A stretch of DNA of 64,000 nt from a virus: positions 1 through 64,000 of IMG/VR virus record IMGVR_UViG_3300021185_003284. One strand, given 5' to 3'. Below the pieces are notes generated by a model, which did no database searches, had not been told where the DNA came from, and saw nothing but the letters and a program-made list of their open reading frames with translations. Every line of letters starts with the position of its first letter. Within the stretch, counting starts at the first letter, position 1. Positions 45,035-55,013 of the stretch are shown here, one piece after another. The translations under genes were made by a program, and so were the position numbers.

Positions 45035-45459
45035 TATATTGGTTTACAGGACAGCCTTGTGCAGGTAAGACAACATTAGCAGATTTATTAAAGAAAGAAA
45101 AGCCTGGTGCTTTTAGAATCGATGGTGACGATATGAGAGAGTTATTTTCTAATAAAGATTATTCTGCTAAAGGTAGAATAGATAATGTAGGAACAGCTCA
45201 ACGTATTGCTCACTACCTACACAATCAAGGTAGAGATGTAATTGTATCATTAGTATCTCCTTATGTTGATCAAAGAGAAGAATTTAAAACTCTCTTAGGT
45301 GATAATATAAAAGAGATATATGTACATACAACAGAACCAAGAGAAAGAGATCATTTTAAAGCTATAGCTTATACTCCACCTCTTGAGAACTATATAGATA
45401 TTGACACAACAAAAGATTCAATCAATGAATCATTCGAAAAAATATTAAATGAAATATAG
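45031..45459 (+). CDS. cysC: adenylyl-sulfate kinase
   Basis: WFTGQPCAGKTT, IDGDDMR, VSLVSPY. Confidence 0.85.
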   Translation: MIYWFTGQPCAGKTTLADLLKKEKPGAFRIDGDDMRELFSNKDYSAKGRIDNVGTAQRIAHYLHNQGRDVIVSLVSPYVDQREEFKTLLGDNIKEIYVHTTEPRERDHFKAIAYTPPLENYIDIDTTKDSINESFEKILNEI

Positions 45460-45799
45460 TTTATTTATAGGTAGATGGCAACCATGGCATTCAGGCCACA
45501 GATGGTTAATAGATCAAAGATTAAAAGAAGGTAAAAAAGTTTGGATAGCAATTAGAGATGTAGAACCAAACGAAAAACAACCTTGGACTCCTCAAGAAGT
45601 TTTAATGAATCTCTCTAATGAATTAGCAGATCTTTTAGAAGAGGGCAGTATAAAAATTACAATAGTACCTGATATAGAATCTATCAATTACGGTAGAGGT
45701 GTAGGGTATGAAATTATAGAACATGTACCTCCTCAGAATGTTGAAGAAATATCAGCTACAAAGATTAGAGAACAAATGAGGAAAGATGGCAAGTTATAA
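45449..45799 (+). CDS. HxGH nucleotidyltransferase (cytidylyltransferase-like)
   Basis: GRWQPWHSGH, ISATKIR. Confidence 0.85.
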   Translation: MKYSLFIGRWQPWHSGHRWLIDQRLKEGKKVWIAIRDVEPNEKQPWTPQEVLMNLSNELADLLEEGSIKITIVPDIESINYGRGVGYEIIEHVPPQNVEEISATKIREQMRKDGKL

Positions 45800-45983
45800 A
45801 AGTACTTTAATAAAGACTCTCATATGGAGAGTAATAGCAACTAGTATAACTTTTCTAGTCGGCTGGGTAGTTTCAGGTAATTGGAGATTTGGTTTAGTTA
45901 TAGGAAGTATAGATACAGTTTTAAAGACTATAGGTTACTTTAGTTTTGAAAGACTCTGGATTAAATATAAAGGTAATGATTAA
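45786..45983 (+). CDS. DUF2061-like membrane protein
   Basis: KTLIWRVIA...K...Y..FERLW. Confidence 0.75.
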   Translation: MASYKSTLIKTLIWRVIATSITFLVGWVVSGNWRFGLVIGSIDTVLKTIGYFSFERLWIKYKGND

Positions 45984-46134
45984 AATAAATGTTAAGGTCG
46001 GCGATACTATTATGGTAGGTCGATTTAAGAATAAGAGAGTAAAAGTTAAGAGTATAGAATATGATGAATTTGGTATGCCAATGATAAATGGTAAACCCGG
46101 ATGTAATTTTAGGTTAGTACCTAACCCAAGATAA
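45976..46134 (+). CDS. small KOW/SH3-like hypothetical protein
   Basis: VKVGDTIMVGRFKNK. Confidence 0.5.
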   Translation: MIKINVKVGDTIMVGRFKNKRVKVKSIEYDEFGMPMINGKPGCNFRLVPNPR

Positions 46135-46154
46135 ATTACAACCTATTTATATAC

Positions 46155-46697
46155 ATGGCAATGATACAAACTTTAGAGACAAACCAGCAATACGTAGGAA
46201 AAACAGTCGTATTAGGTTGCATTAACTATTCGATTACAGATTTACTACTCACTAACATGAATAGCGGTAATCTTGTAAAGAGAGATGTAGACTTTTACCT
46301 TCCTGTCAATACTCAAGGTTGGCAAAAATGGTACGATAGTCATATATCGTTACAAAATGATACTGGAGTAAAATCATCATTCATTAAAAAGAAAGACATA
46401 TACAGTATTGACTATAGTGATACAGGAAATATAGGAATAGCTATAGTAGAAGCACCAGATGTTGATTATGCTATTAAACTTATTAATAAAATAACTCCCA
46501 GCATTAAAGAATCTGGATTAATAATTGTTCCCTATAAACCTCTACACAGAATTCAATTTGTATCAAAAATAAATTCTGAATTTGATGCACAATATCTTGT
46601 CCATCTGGAAAATTATTCTTATATTAATTTTATCAAAGGTAAGGTACCTTTAAATAAGAATAAAAAGATTAGCAGGAGTAGATCGATACTCACTTAA
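46155..46697 (+). CDS. hypothetical protein (possibly a degenerate methyltransferase fold)
   Basis: IGIAIVE...ITPSIKESGLIIV. Confidence 0.5.
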   Translation: MAMIQTLETNQQYVGKTVVLGCINYSITDLLLTNMNSGNLVKRDVDFYLPVNTQGWQKWYDSHISLQNDTGVKSSFIKKKDIYSIDYSDTGNIGIAIVEAPDVDYAIKLINKITPSIKESGLIIVPYKPLHRIQFVSKINSEFDAQYLVHLENYSYINFIKGKVPLNKNKKISRSRSILT

Positions 46698-46716
46698 ATT
46701 TACAGGTTAAAAAGTT

Positions 46717-47547
46717 ATGAAAAGAAAAGTAGGAGTTATAGGTAATGGTTTCGTAGGTGAAGCTATTTCATTTGCATTTTCCCCAACTACAGACTTAAGA
46801 GTATACGATATTGATCCTTTAAGGTCAACTCATACGAAAGAAGAAATAGACGAATGTGAGTTTATATTTGTCTGTGTTCCTACTCCGATGTTTAGAGACG
46901 GTACTCAAGATTTAAGTTATATAGAAAAAGTATTTGAAGATGCAGTAGACGGGCCTGTATACATAATAAAATCTACGGTTCTACCCGGTACTACTAACAC
47001 CTTATGTAGTAAGTTCCCAACATTAAGTATTATATTTAATCCTGAATTTCTTACTGAGAGAACCGCTAAGTTAGATATGCTTACTCAAGCTAGAATTATA
47101 CTAGGAGGTAGGAAAGATCTTACTATGCGAACTAAAGAGCTTTATGAAGAGAGGTTTATGAATAGACATATTATAGAAACTGACTCTGCAACAGCTGAAT
47201 TAACTAAATATATGAACAATACTTATTTTGCTACTAAAGTTAGTATAATGAATGAGTTCAAAAGACTATCAGATAAATTAGGAACCAATTGGCCAGATGC
47301 TTTATATGGTTTCGCTTCTGATCATAGAATAGGAGACAGTCATTTGCATGTTCCTGGACCAGACGGTAAGCATGGCTACGGAGGTACTTGTTTTCCTAAA
47401 GATGTAAACGCATTAATTAAGTTAGGTAATAAATTAGATACTCCTATGCATACTATAGAGGCAGGATGGAAAACTAACTTAGAAGTAAGACCAGAAAAAG
47501 ATTGGGAATCAAAATTAGGAAGAGCAGTTAGCGATGATAAAAAATAG
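46717..47547 (+). CDS. ugd: UDP-glucose/GDP-mannose dehydrogenase
   Basis: GNGFVG, CVPTP, KSTV.PG, NPEFL, GYGGTCFPKD. Confidence 0.9.
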   Translation: MKRKVGVIGNGFVGEAISFAFSPTTDLRVYDIDPLRSTHTKEEIDECEFIFVCVPTPMFRDGTQDLSYIEKVFEDAVDGPVYIIKSTVLPGTTNTLCSKFPTLSIIFNPEFLTERTAKLDMLTQARIILGGRKDLTMRTKELYEERFMNRHIIETDSATAELTKYMNNTYFATKVSIMNEFKRLSDKLGTNWPDALYGFASDHRIGDSHLHVPGPDGKHGYGGTCFPKDVNALIKLGNKLDTPMHTIEAGWKTNLEVRPEKDWESKLGRAVSDDKK

Positions 47548-48223
47548 TTTTAGAGAAGATATAGAATTTCTTTATACCAGATTAAGCAATAAAGATAAGT
47601 TTAGCTTCAGCAAATATGCTGATGGTGAATTTGCTATATTGGCAAATCAGAATATTACTAACGTTGACAATTGGACTTTCGATAACACTAAGCATGATTA
47701 TGTTAGAGACCAATTAATAGAATCATTTAAATTTAATGATCCAGATTACTACGTAGGAGTTAGTTGTGTATGCTGTCAACCTGTTAATCATGTTATGTGG
47801 ATGAGAGAACAATCACAACAAGATAAGTTAACTTGGGCAAATATATTTGTTAACAGCAATTATCCATATTTTGTAGATAAGTTTATACCTGAATTTAGTA
47901 ATCATAAAGTAATACTATTTGCTAGAGATGATGCAAGGTATACAGAATTACCATTTGCTGTAGATCAATTCGTACCTATCACATCAGAAGCAATGATAGA
48001 TAACTTTGAGTTAGTAAACGAATTTCCAGTAGAAAGCTATAAAGATTACTTATTTCTATTTTGTGCTGGTCCACTAGGTAATATGTTAGCAGCTAAATTC
48101 TGGGAGAAAAATAAAACTAATACTTATCTTGATATAGGATCTACACTCAATCCTTATTTAACTGAAACTAATAGAAGCTATCTAAGAGGAGGAGCTACAG
48201 AATTAAAAACTTGCATATGGTAG
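47534..48223 (+). CDS. GT-D fold (DUF1792-like) glycosyltransferase
   Basis: SKYADGE, FCAGP, LDIGS. Confidence 0.65.
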   Translation: MIKNSFREDIEFLYTRLSNKDKFSFSKYADGEFAILANQNITNVDNWTFDNTKHDYVRDQLIESFKFNDPDYYVGVSCVCCQPVNHVMWMREQSQQDKLTWANIFVNSNYPYFVDKFIPEFSNHKVILFARDDARYTELPFAVDQFVPITSEAMIDNFELVNEFPVESYKDYLFLFCAGPLGNMLAAKFWEKNKTNTYLDIGSTLNPYLTETNRSYLRGGATELKTCIW

Positions 48224-49224
48224 TAGGTAAAGAATTATTAATATGTTTTGGAACTAGACCTGAATGGTTAAAAGTTAAGCCATTACTTAAGGAGATAAGT
48301 AACTACAAATTGTTATTTACTGGTCAACATAAAGACTTATTAAAAGATATTAAAGTAGATTATAGAATCGAAATAGGAGATCAAACTAATAGATTAGATC
48401 AAATCATAAGCGATTGCTTAACCCAGTTCCCAGAAGGAGACTTCGATGTATTAGTTCATGGAGATACTGTATCAGCATTTGCTTGTGCTTTAGCAGCATT
48501 TAGTAGAAAATTAAAGATTATACATTTAGAGGCTGGCTTAAGGTCTTATGACTTAAAGCAACCTTATCCTGAAGAAGGATATAGACAGATGATATCTAGA
48601 ATAGCTGATATAAACTTTCCACCGACTTCTATTTCAGCACAGAATTTATTCAATGAAAAGACAGATGGAATGTCATATGTAGTTGGTAATTCAGTATTAG
48701 ATAATCTTATTGAATATAAAGATGATTGTGAGTATACTGATAAAGTATTAGTTACATTACATAGATGGGAGAATCACCATTGGATGGATGAATGGTTTAC
48801 AGAACTAAATAAAGTAGCTGAGAAGTATTCAAATATTGAATTTACTATTCCTCTTCATCATAACCCAGCTGTAAGAAAACATAAACATTTACTAACAAAT
48901 GTTAATATAGTTCCAGCATTACCTCATGATGAAATGTTAAAGCTTATGTCTAAATGTAAGTTTATTATTTCTGATAGTGGGGGCTTACAAGAAGAAGGAG
49001 CATTTTTAAATAAGAAAGTAATTGTATGTAGAGACGTAACTGAAAGACCAGAAGGTATTTATACAGGTCACTTAACATTATGTAAGACTCCTTCTGATTT
49101 AATGGACATAGTAGACAGAATAAATAGAGATTATATTATAAAAAAAGACTCACCTTACGGTAAAGGTGATACAGCTAAAAGAGTTAAACGAATATTATAT
49201 GGCGAAGATAACAGTAATACTTAA
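48217..49224 (+). CDS. wecB: UDP-N-acetylglucosamine 2-epimerase
   Basis: GTRPE, TGQH, HGDT, HLEAGLRS, DSGGLQEE, TERPE. Confidence 0.93.
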   Translation: MVVGKELLICFGTRPEWLKVKPLLKEISNYKLLFTGQHKDLLKDIKVDYRIEIGDQTNRLDQIISDCLTQFPEGDFDVLVHGDTVSAFACALAAFSRKLKIIHLEAGLRSYDLKQPYPEEGYRQMISRIADINFPPTSISAQNLFNEKTDGMSYVVGNSVLDNLIEYKDDCEYTDKVLVTLHRWENHHWMDEWFTELNKVAEKYSNIEFTIPLHHNPAVRKHKHLLTNVNIVPALPHDEMLKLMSKCKFIISDSGGLQEEGAFLNKKVIVCRDVTERPEGIYTGHLTLCKTPSDLMDIVDRINRDYIIKKDSPYGKGDTAKRVKRILYGEDNSNT

Positions 49225-49924
49225 TTGCTATAAAAGAGCAGAGTACCTTAAAGAGCAGATAGAAGCTGTAACAGGTCAATCAATTCCACCAGAGGATATA
49301 ATGATTTGGTCTAATAAACCTGAAGAAGGTCAGCAATTTAATCTAGATGAATTAGGAGTAAAGGTAGCTTATAGCAATACTAATTTAAAGTTTCATGCTA
49401 GGTTTGCATATGGCTTACTTGCTAAATCTGAGTATGTAGCATTCTTTGATGACGATACAATACCAGGTAAAGATTGGTTTAAGAATTGCCTTGCTTGTAT
49501 GAAACATGGAAATTATATTTTAGGAACTTCAGGAGTAAGGTTAGAAAGTGAGAATTATGACCCTAATAAAAAGGTAGGATGGAATGGAGTTCTAAGCAAT
49601 AAGTTGGAATTAGTTGATTTAGTAGGACATGCCTGGTTTATGAAAAGAGATACGTTAAAGTACCTTTGGCAAGAAGATCCTATTTCATGGGAGAACGGAG
49701 AAGATATACAACTTTCAGCTTTTGCTTATTTACATGGAGGTATTGAAACAGCAGTACCACCGCATCCTGAAGGTAAAGAACACTTATGGGGTAGCATAAA
49801 TGGGTATAAAAAAGGAAATGACCAAAATGCTTCTCATTGGAAGAGCAATCATGCTCCTTTACGTAACGAAATTTGTAGTAAACTATCTGATAAAGGGTAT
49901 AAAAGAGTAATGAAAAGAAAATGA
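49199..49924 (+). CDS. glycosyltransferase family 2-like
   Basis: FFDDD, GEDI. Confidence 0.8.
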   Translation: MAKITVILNCYKRAEYLKEQIEAVTGQSIPPEDIMIWSNKPEEGQQFNLDELGVKVAYSNTNLKFHARFAYGLLAKSEYVAFFDDDTIPGKDWFKNCLACMKHGNYILGTSGVRLESENYDPNKKVGWNGVLSNKLELVDLVGHAWFMKRDTLKYLWQEDPISWENGEDIQLSAFAYLHGGIETAVPPHPEGKEHLWGSINGYKKGNDQNASHWKSNHAPLRNEICSKLSDKGYKRVMKRK

Positions 49925-50769
49925 AAAAAATACTAGTAACAGGAGGAGCAGGCTTTGTAGGATCTAATTTAATTAAGTTACTATTAGAAAAAGGTCATAA
50001 GGTAACTTCTTTAGATAATTATGATTCCGGAACAATGAAGAATCATCACCAAGGAGCAGATTATATTCCCGGTGATATAGAATTGATTAATACTTTAGAT
50101 AAGGACTTTGATATAATTTATCACTGTGCAGCTTTATCTAGAATACAACCTTCATTCAATAACCCAGATGAGACTTATAGAGTTAATACCTTAGGTACTC
50201 AGAAAGTATGTGAGTTTGCTAGAAAGAATGGTATAAAGGTAGTTTATGCTGGTTCATCCTCAAAGCATCATGATCCATATCAATCTCCTTATGCTGCTTG
50301 TAAGTATATGGGTGAAGAAGTATGTAAGATGTATAAGAAGACTTACGGTATGGACATAGAGATAGCTAGATTTTATAACGTATACGGTCCAGGAGAGATA
50401 GTTTACGGTGATTGGGCAGCAGTAATAGGAATATGGAGACGTCAATCAGAAGCTAAAGAACCTATAACTATAGTTGGTGATGGAGAACAAAAGAGAGATT
50501 TTACTCATGTCGAAGATATAGTAGAAGGTTTATTTAGAATAGGATTTAAATTAGAAGTGCATGAAGATGCATGGGAGTTAGGAACAGGTATTAATTACTC
50601 TATTAATGATGTTTACTTAATGTTTAAAGAAAAGTTTGGAACAGACTATAAATACATTCCAGATCAAAATGGTAATTATAGAGAAACGTTAAGAGAAAAT
50701 AATGATGCTTTATTAAGATTAGGTTGGAAACCTGAAGATAAATTACTATCTTATATCAATAGCTTATGA
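49921..50769 (+). CDS. NAD-dependent sugar epimerase/dehydratase
   Basis: TGGAGFVGS, YAACK, RFYNVYGP. Confidence 0.92.
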   Translation: MKKILVTGGAGFVGSNLIKLLLEKGHKVTSLDNYDSGTMKNHHQGADYIPGDIELINTLDKDFDIIYHCAALSRIQPSFNNPDETYRVNTLGTQKVCEFARKNGIKVVYAGSSSKHHDPYQSPYAACKYMGEEVCKMYKKTYGMDIEIARFYNVYGPGEIVYGDWAAVIGIWRRQSEAKEPITIVGDGEQKRDFTHVEDIVEGLFRIGFKLEVHEDAWELGTGINYSINDVYLMFKEKFGTDYKYIPDQNGNYRETLRENNDALLRLGWKPEDKLLSYINSL

Positions 50770-51515
50770 AACTAGTAGTATACACAGCACTGTTTGCAGA
50801 TGAATCACTACCTTTAGAAGAGGTAGGAAGATTCTTTCCGTTTACTCATGAAAGAGGAGATGTTAAGTATATAGCTTTTACAAACAGAGAAGATTTAAAA
50901 TCAGATTTCTGGGATGTTAAAGTTTTAAAGAAAGATAAAGACAAGTCTTTTAGAATGATGTCAAGATTTCTTAAATGGAATCCATCTAAAGCTAAGTTAC
51001 CGAAACATACTCATAGTCTCTGGATGGACTCTCAATGTTATTTTAAATTTGAACCAAAGGCTATTGTAGATCATTATTTAAAAGATAACAAACATACAGC
51101 TATCCATCACCATACAGATCTAAGAAGTATATATGTAGAAGGAATGGTTACATCGTATGCTTATATGAATGATAAACCTTCTATAGTAAACAGACAGTTA
51201 GAAAGGTATCATGAGAATGGAATGCCATATCAATACGATCATTTCGAAACTGGAGTACTAATTAGAAAAAATAATAAAGACGCAAATGAATTTTCAAAAG
51301 AAGTTTATACTGAGCTTACAACTGATAGTATTAGAGATCAGATATCAACTCCATATATTGTTTGGAATAGAAGAGAAAAAGGAGACAAAGGAATACTAAC
51401 TATAACAGAATCTTTTACAGCACACAAAGGTCAGTTACCTTTAGAGAAATCTAAAATATTTTTTACTGAACCTAAGCCAAGTGATAAGTTAAAAGAGGAT
51501 TTAACAAAAAGATAA
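50766..51515 (+). CDS. DUF616-like glycosyltransferase
   Basis: VVYTALF, SLWMDS, RDQIS. Confidence 0.75.
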   Translation: MKLVVYTALFADESLPLEEVGRFFPFTHERGDVKYIAFTNREDLKSDFWDVKVLKKDKDKSFRMMSRFLKWNPSKAKLPKHTHSLWMDSQCYFKFEPKAIVDHYLKDNKHTAIHHHTDLRSIYVEGMVTSYAYMNDKPSIVNRQLERYHENGMPYQYDHFETGVLIRKNNKDANEFSKEVYTELTTDSIRDQISTPYIVWNRREKGDKGILTITESFTAHKGQLPLEKSKIFFTEPKPSDKLKEDLTKR

Positions 51516-51516
51516 T

Positions 51517-51690
51517 ATGAAAAAGTATATTGTAGAATTTAACTTATTAGATGGTACATCTGAAGAAATAGAGTTTGTAACTGACAAAATTGATTGGAGT
51601 ATAGAGCAATGGGGACGCAATAGAGCAGTAAGAAGTTACCAAATAATTCAAGAAGGTTCATCAAATACTAAAAGAATGTTATTAGACTAA
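51517..51690 (+). CDS. 57-aa hypothetical protein, not in ORF track
   Basis: Fills the intergenic gap exactly (MKKYIVEFNLLDG...RMLLD). Confidence 0.6.
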   Translation: MKKYIVEFNLLDGTSEEIEFVTDKIDWSIEQWGRNRAVRSYQIIQEGSSNTKRMLLD

Positions 51691-51703
51691 CTATTTATTA
51701 AAT

Positions 51704-52081
51704 ATGAAACAGCTAGAAAAGTATATAAGAAACGTATTAAGTGAGTCAGCAAAGATTAATTTTGCTGGACATAAGTTTGTGCTTAAGGTAGATACCAACG
51801 AAGATCCACAGAAGAAAGGTGTCAAAGTTCAATTTCTACCAACAGAGTTTGGTACTCTAACTAAAACTCAACAAGATGATATAGCAATTGAGCTTGAATC
51901 TAGATTGGAGAAAGGGTTAGCAAGCTTTGATATGAGAGTAGAAAGAGATAGAAATCTCAAAGACAAGACTATAATTGGCTTTTTCATCTACATTGAATAT
52001 TTTGATAGAATAATCAGAAAAGCATTATCAGGACAGAATCCAACGACTGATGACCCTGTAGACGGACCAGCCGAAGTTTAA
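51704..52081 (+). CDS. hypothetical protein
   Basis: ORF after a TATTTAT motif. Confidence 0.7.
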   Translation: MKQLEKYIRNVLSESAKINFAGHKFVLKVDTNEDPQKKGVKVQFLPTEFGTLTKTQQDDIAIELESRLEKGLASFDMRVERDRNLKDKTIIGFFIYIEYFDRIIRKALSGQNPTTDDPVDGPAEV

Positions 52082-52096
52082 AAACTAACGCAAAAT

Positions 52097-52504
52097 ATGG
52101 TGTCACCGAACAAGAAGATTAGAGAAGTTCTCTTCTCATTACATCCATTATCTTATCGTATCAAGAAGAAAGGTCTTGATAAAGAATCTATGAATAAAAA
52201 ACTATTTACTGGAATTATTACTCAGTTAAAGAAGATTGAGGACAGGAGAGACTTTATGGCTGAAGAGATAGGAATGGATATGACTACTTACGAAGATCAA
52301 TTCTTTAATGTTATAGAAGATCTAATGAAGATGTCATTTAATAAATCTCAGTTAGGATTAATACAATTATATCTCTACACTCTTTCACCAGATAAAGAAT
52401 GGGATGGAACTATAGTTGTTGAAGTAGGAGAATCAAAAGAAGAGAAAGTAGTAAAATTTAAAACACCTGAAGAGGTTTGGAAAGTAGTTACTGAGTTCTC
52501 ATAA
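52097..52504 (+). CDS. hypothetical protein
   Basis: ORF in operon. Confidence 0.7.
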   Translation: MVSPNKKIREVLFSLHPLSYRIKKKGLDKESMNKKLFTGIITQLKKIEDRRDFMAEEIGMDMTTYEDQFFNVIEDLMKMSFNKSQLGLIQLYLYTLSPDKEWDGTIVVEVGESKEEKVVKFKTPEEVWKVVTEFS

Positions 52505-52513
52505 TAATAAGTT

Positions 52514-53734
52514 ATGGATTTAGATTTTTATAATGAGCATGGATATCTCCATATCGAAAATGCTATCCCAAAAGAGTATATAGAAATTGCAAGAGAAAAA
52601 GGCATGCCTTTAGTCAAATGGTCTAGAGAAAATGTTAATAAACCTGCACTAGCTGGCCCACCTACATTAAATCTACATGTAGGATGTGCTGGAGCATATG
52701 AAGGAGAGTTAATGAACCTTTATACTTCTAAAATCTCATATGATTTAGTTACCACTATTTTACAGAAAAAAGATATATTTTTATTTAATGATCAAATGGT
52801 CTATAAGTTTCCAAATGATAACTTTACATTTGCTCCTCATTACGATAATCAATATGGAGCTGAAAATAAGGATGGTAAAATGCATACTGTTAATATGAGT
52901 TGGGTACTAGATGACTTTACAGATGATAACGGAACATTAGAACTTCAAAGCTTAAAAACAAAAGAGTGGCATAGAGTCTATCCTAAAGCAGGAGATATTA
53001 TAGCCATAAACGGAAACTGTATACATAGATCAGGTCCTAATACTTCTGATAAACCTAGAGGACTATATGCTTGTGTGTATTCTGAAGGACAGATAAACTT
53101 ACAAAATTACTATAAGGAACCTTTTCTACTTAAAGATACAGATACACAGCACCTTCATCATCTATCTAATGGCATACCAATACAACAATTTAGAGGATTT
53201 GAGGAGTACTTTACTAAATTTTTAGAACTAAATAAATTTGATAGGATATTAGAATTAGGAACTTCAAGAGGAGGTTTAACATATTTCCTCTCTACTATAT
53301 TTGACGGACCTATTATTACAGTTGATAACGTAACTAAGCTAATAGACCAAAAAGTATATAGTGTAGCACGAGTAATGGAAGCAGATCATATGAGCTTTCA
53401 AACTCAGCAGTTCTTACATAAAGAGTTTATTTCTAAAGAAGGAAAGACATTAGTACTTTGTGATGGAGGTGACAAACCTTCTATCTTTAATGCTTATGCT
53501 ACTTTAATAAAGGAGGGAGACTTTATAGGAGTGCATGATTTCTTTGTATCAAAGGAAGAATATGAAAAACAAAACGCTTGGAACTGGATGGAATGCTCAG
53601 AAGATCAAATAAAAAACGTGATACGTGAGTATAAACTAGAAAAGACTGATACTTATTTACTCAACATCGTTTGGGGTATGTATAAGAAGAACTCTAAGAA
53701 AGTAGATCTACCAACTTATTCATCTATAATATGA
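52514..53734 (+). CDS. PhyH-family dioxygenase fused to a class I methyltransferase
   Basis: FYNEHGY, HYD, LDDFTDDNG, HRSGPN; C-terminal ILELGTSRGG, CDGG, GVHD. Confidence 0.8.
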   Translation: MDLDFYNEHGYLHIENAIPKEYIEIAREKGMPLVKWSRENVNKPALAGPPTLNLHVGCAGAYEGELMNLYTSKISYDLVTTILQKKDIFLFNDQMVYKFPNDNFTFAPHYDNQYGAENKDGKMHTVNMSWVLDDFTDDNGTLELQSLKTKEWHRVYPKAGDIIAINGNCIHRSGPNTSDKPRGLYACVYSEGQINLQNYYKEPFLLKDTDTQHLHHLSNGIPIQQFRGFEEYFTKFLELNKFDRILELGTSRGGLTYFLSTIFDGPIITVDNVTKLIDQKVYSVARVMEADHMSFQTQQFLHKEFISKEGKTLVLCDGGDKPSIFNAYATLIKEGDFIGVHDFFVSKEEYEKQNAWNWMECSEDQIKNVIREYKLEKTDTYLLNIVWGMYKKNSKKVDLPTYSSII

Positions 53735-53808
53735 AAATATACATTAAATTAGTTGGAATCCTGGATCTTTATTCTTATCTTTATATCTAATTAAAACGGT
53801 TATACTAT

Positions 53809-54207
53809 ATGCAAAAATTAAAAATGATTCCATGCCCTAAATGTGGCAACGATTTCCCAGAACTTAGAAAGACATTATACAACTATCATGTATGTGTTGA
53901 TTGCTCGACTACTAAACCTGTCGTAGGTATTACTACAGTAGAAGGAACAGGCGATCATACCTATAATGATATTATTATAATGGATCAAGATAGAGCTTTG
54001 GCTATTGAAAGAGCAGCTAATGAAGCTATGGGTAAGAAAGCAATTGATGTAGAAGTTTTAGACTTTGATAAAGAGCCTATGAATGATAACGAAGTTACTC
54101 AATCAATTAAAGATCAAACTAAAAACATACTAGAAGGAGAAGAGGAACAATATGATATGTTGGATCCTGATAAAGAACCTGAAGGTATAGAAGGAATAGA
54201 TTATTAA
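53809..54207 (+). CDS. C4 zinc-finger protein (DksA/TraR-like finger)
   Basis: CPKCG..FPELR.......CVDCS. Confidence 0.6.
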   Translation: MQKLKMIPCPKCGNDFPELRKTLYNYHVCVDCSTTKPVVGITTVEGTGDHTYNDIIIMDQDRALAIERAANEAMGKKAIDVEVLDFDKEPMNDNEVTQSIKDQTKNILEGEEEQYDMLDPDKEPEGIEGIDY

Positions 54208-54836
54208 TGGCAAGACCGTCTAAAATAGTTACTAAAGAAGATATTCTTAGAGCACAACAGAATACTCGTTCTAATATGGCAGCAGCCAGATATCTACATA
54301 TATCTTATAACCACTATAAGAAGTATGCTAAGATGTTTAAAAATGACGAAGGAGTAACTCTGTTGGAAGCTCATAAGAATCAAGAAGGGAAAGGTATCCC
54401 TAAATTTGCTGTAGCTGGTATAGATAATGTACCCTTAATGGATGTACTGGAAGGAAGAGTTCCTATAGAACATTTCGATTCCAGAAAAATTAAGGCTAGA
54501 TTATTAAGTGAAGGTAAGTTAGTTGAGGTATGTACTAGATGTAAATTCTCTGAAAGAAGAATTGTAGATCAAAAAATACCTGTTATCTTAAGTTTTAAAG
54601 ACGGAAATAAAAAAAATTGGCATTTAGAGAATTTAGAGTTTCTCTGTTACAATTGTTCTTTTCTCTATGCAGCATCACCTATCGAGGAGAAACGTGCAGA
54701 GGCAATGGAAGACTACGTAAAAACTAAAAGAGATGAGCCGGATTGGGAACTAGATGAACACCATAAGGAACATTTAAGAGAGTTAGGGCTATTAGACGAA
54801 TCTAACCCCGGAGATGAATTTATCTCTAGATTATAA
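54207..54836 (+). CDS. HTH plus HNH-like zinc-binding protein
   Basis: AAARYLHIS; CTRC...DGNKKNWHLENLEFLCYNC. Confidence 0.7.
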   Translation: MARPSKIVTKEDILRAQQNTRSNMAAARYLHISYNHYKKYAKMFKNDEGVTLLEAHKNQEGKGIPKFAVAGIDNVPLMDVLEGRVPIEHFDSRKIKARLLSEGKLVEVCTRCKFSERRIVDQKIPVILSFKDGNKKNWHLENLEFLCYNCSFLYAASPIEEKRAEAMEDYVKTKRDEPDWELDEHHKEHLRELGLLDESNPGDEFISRL

Positions 54837-54849
54837 ACTATTTATAACC

Positions 54850-54999
54850 ATGGCCAAAAAAGAAAAGAATAAATTTTCAACATGGAAAAAGAAAAAACCT
54901 TTAGAAAGAAAGGTTGCTGACGATCTAGTCAAGCAGTCTGAGAAAAATGAAAAGCTCAGAGAAAAAAGTATAGGAACTAGTTTCTTAGACTTATTTTAA
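54850..54999 (+). CDS. small basic hypothetical protein
   Basis: ATG after TATTTATA. Confidence 0.5.
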   Translation: MAKKEKNKFSTWKKKKPLERKVADDLVKQSEKNEKLREKSIGTSFLDLF

Positions 55000-55013
55000 C
55001 TTAAAACTATTTT

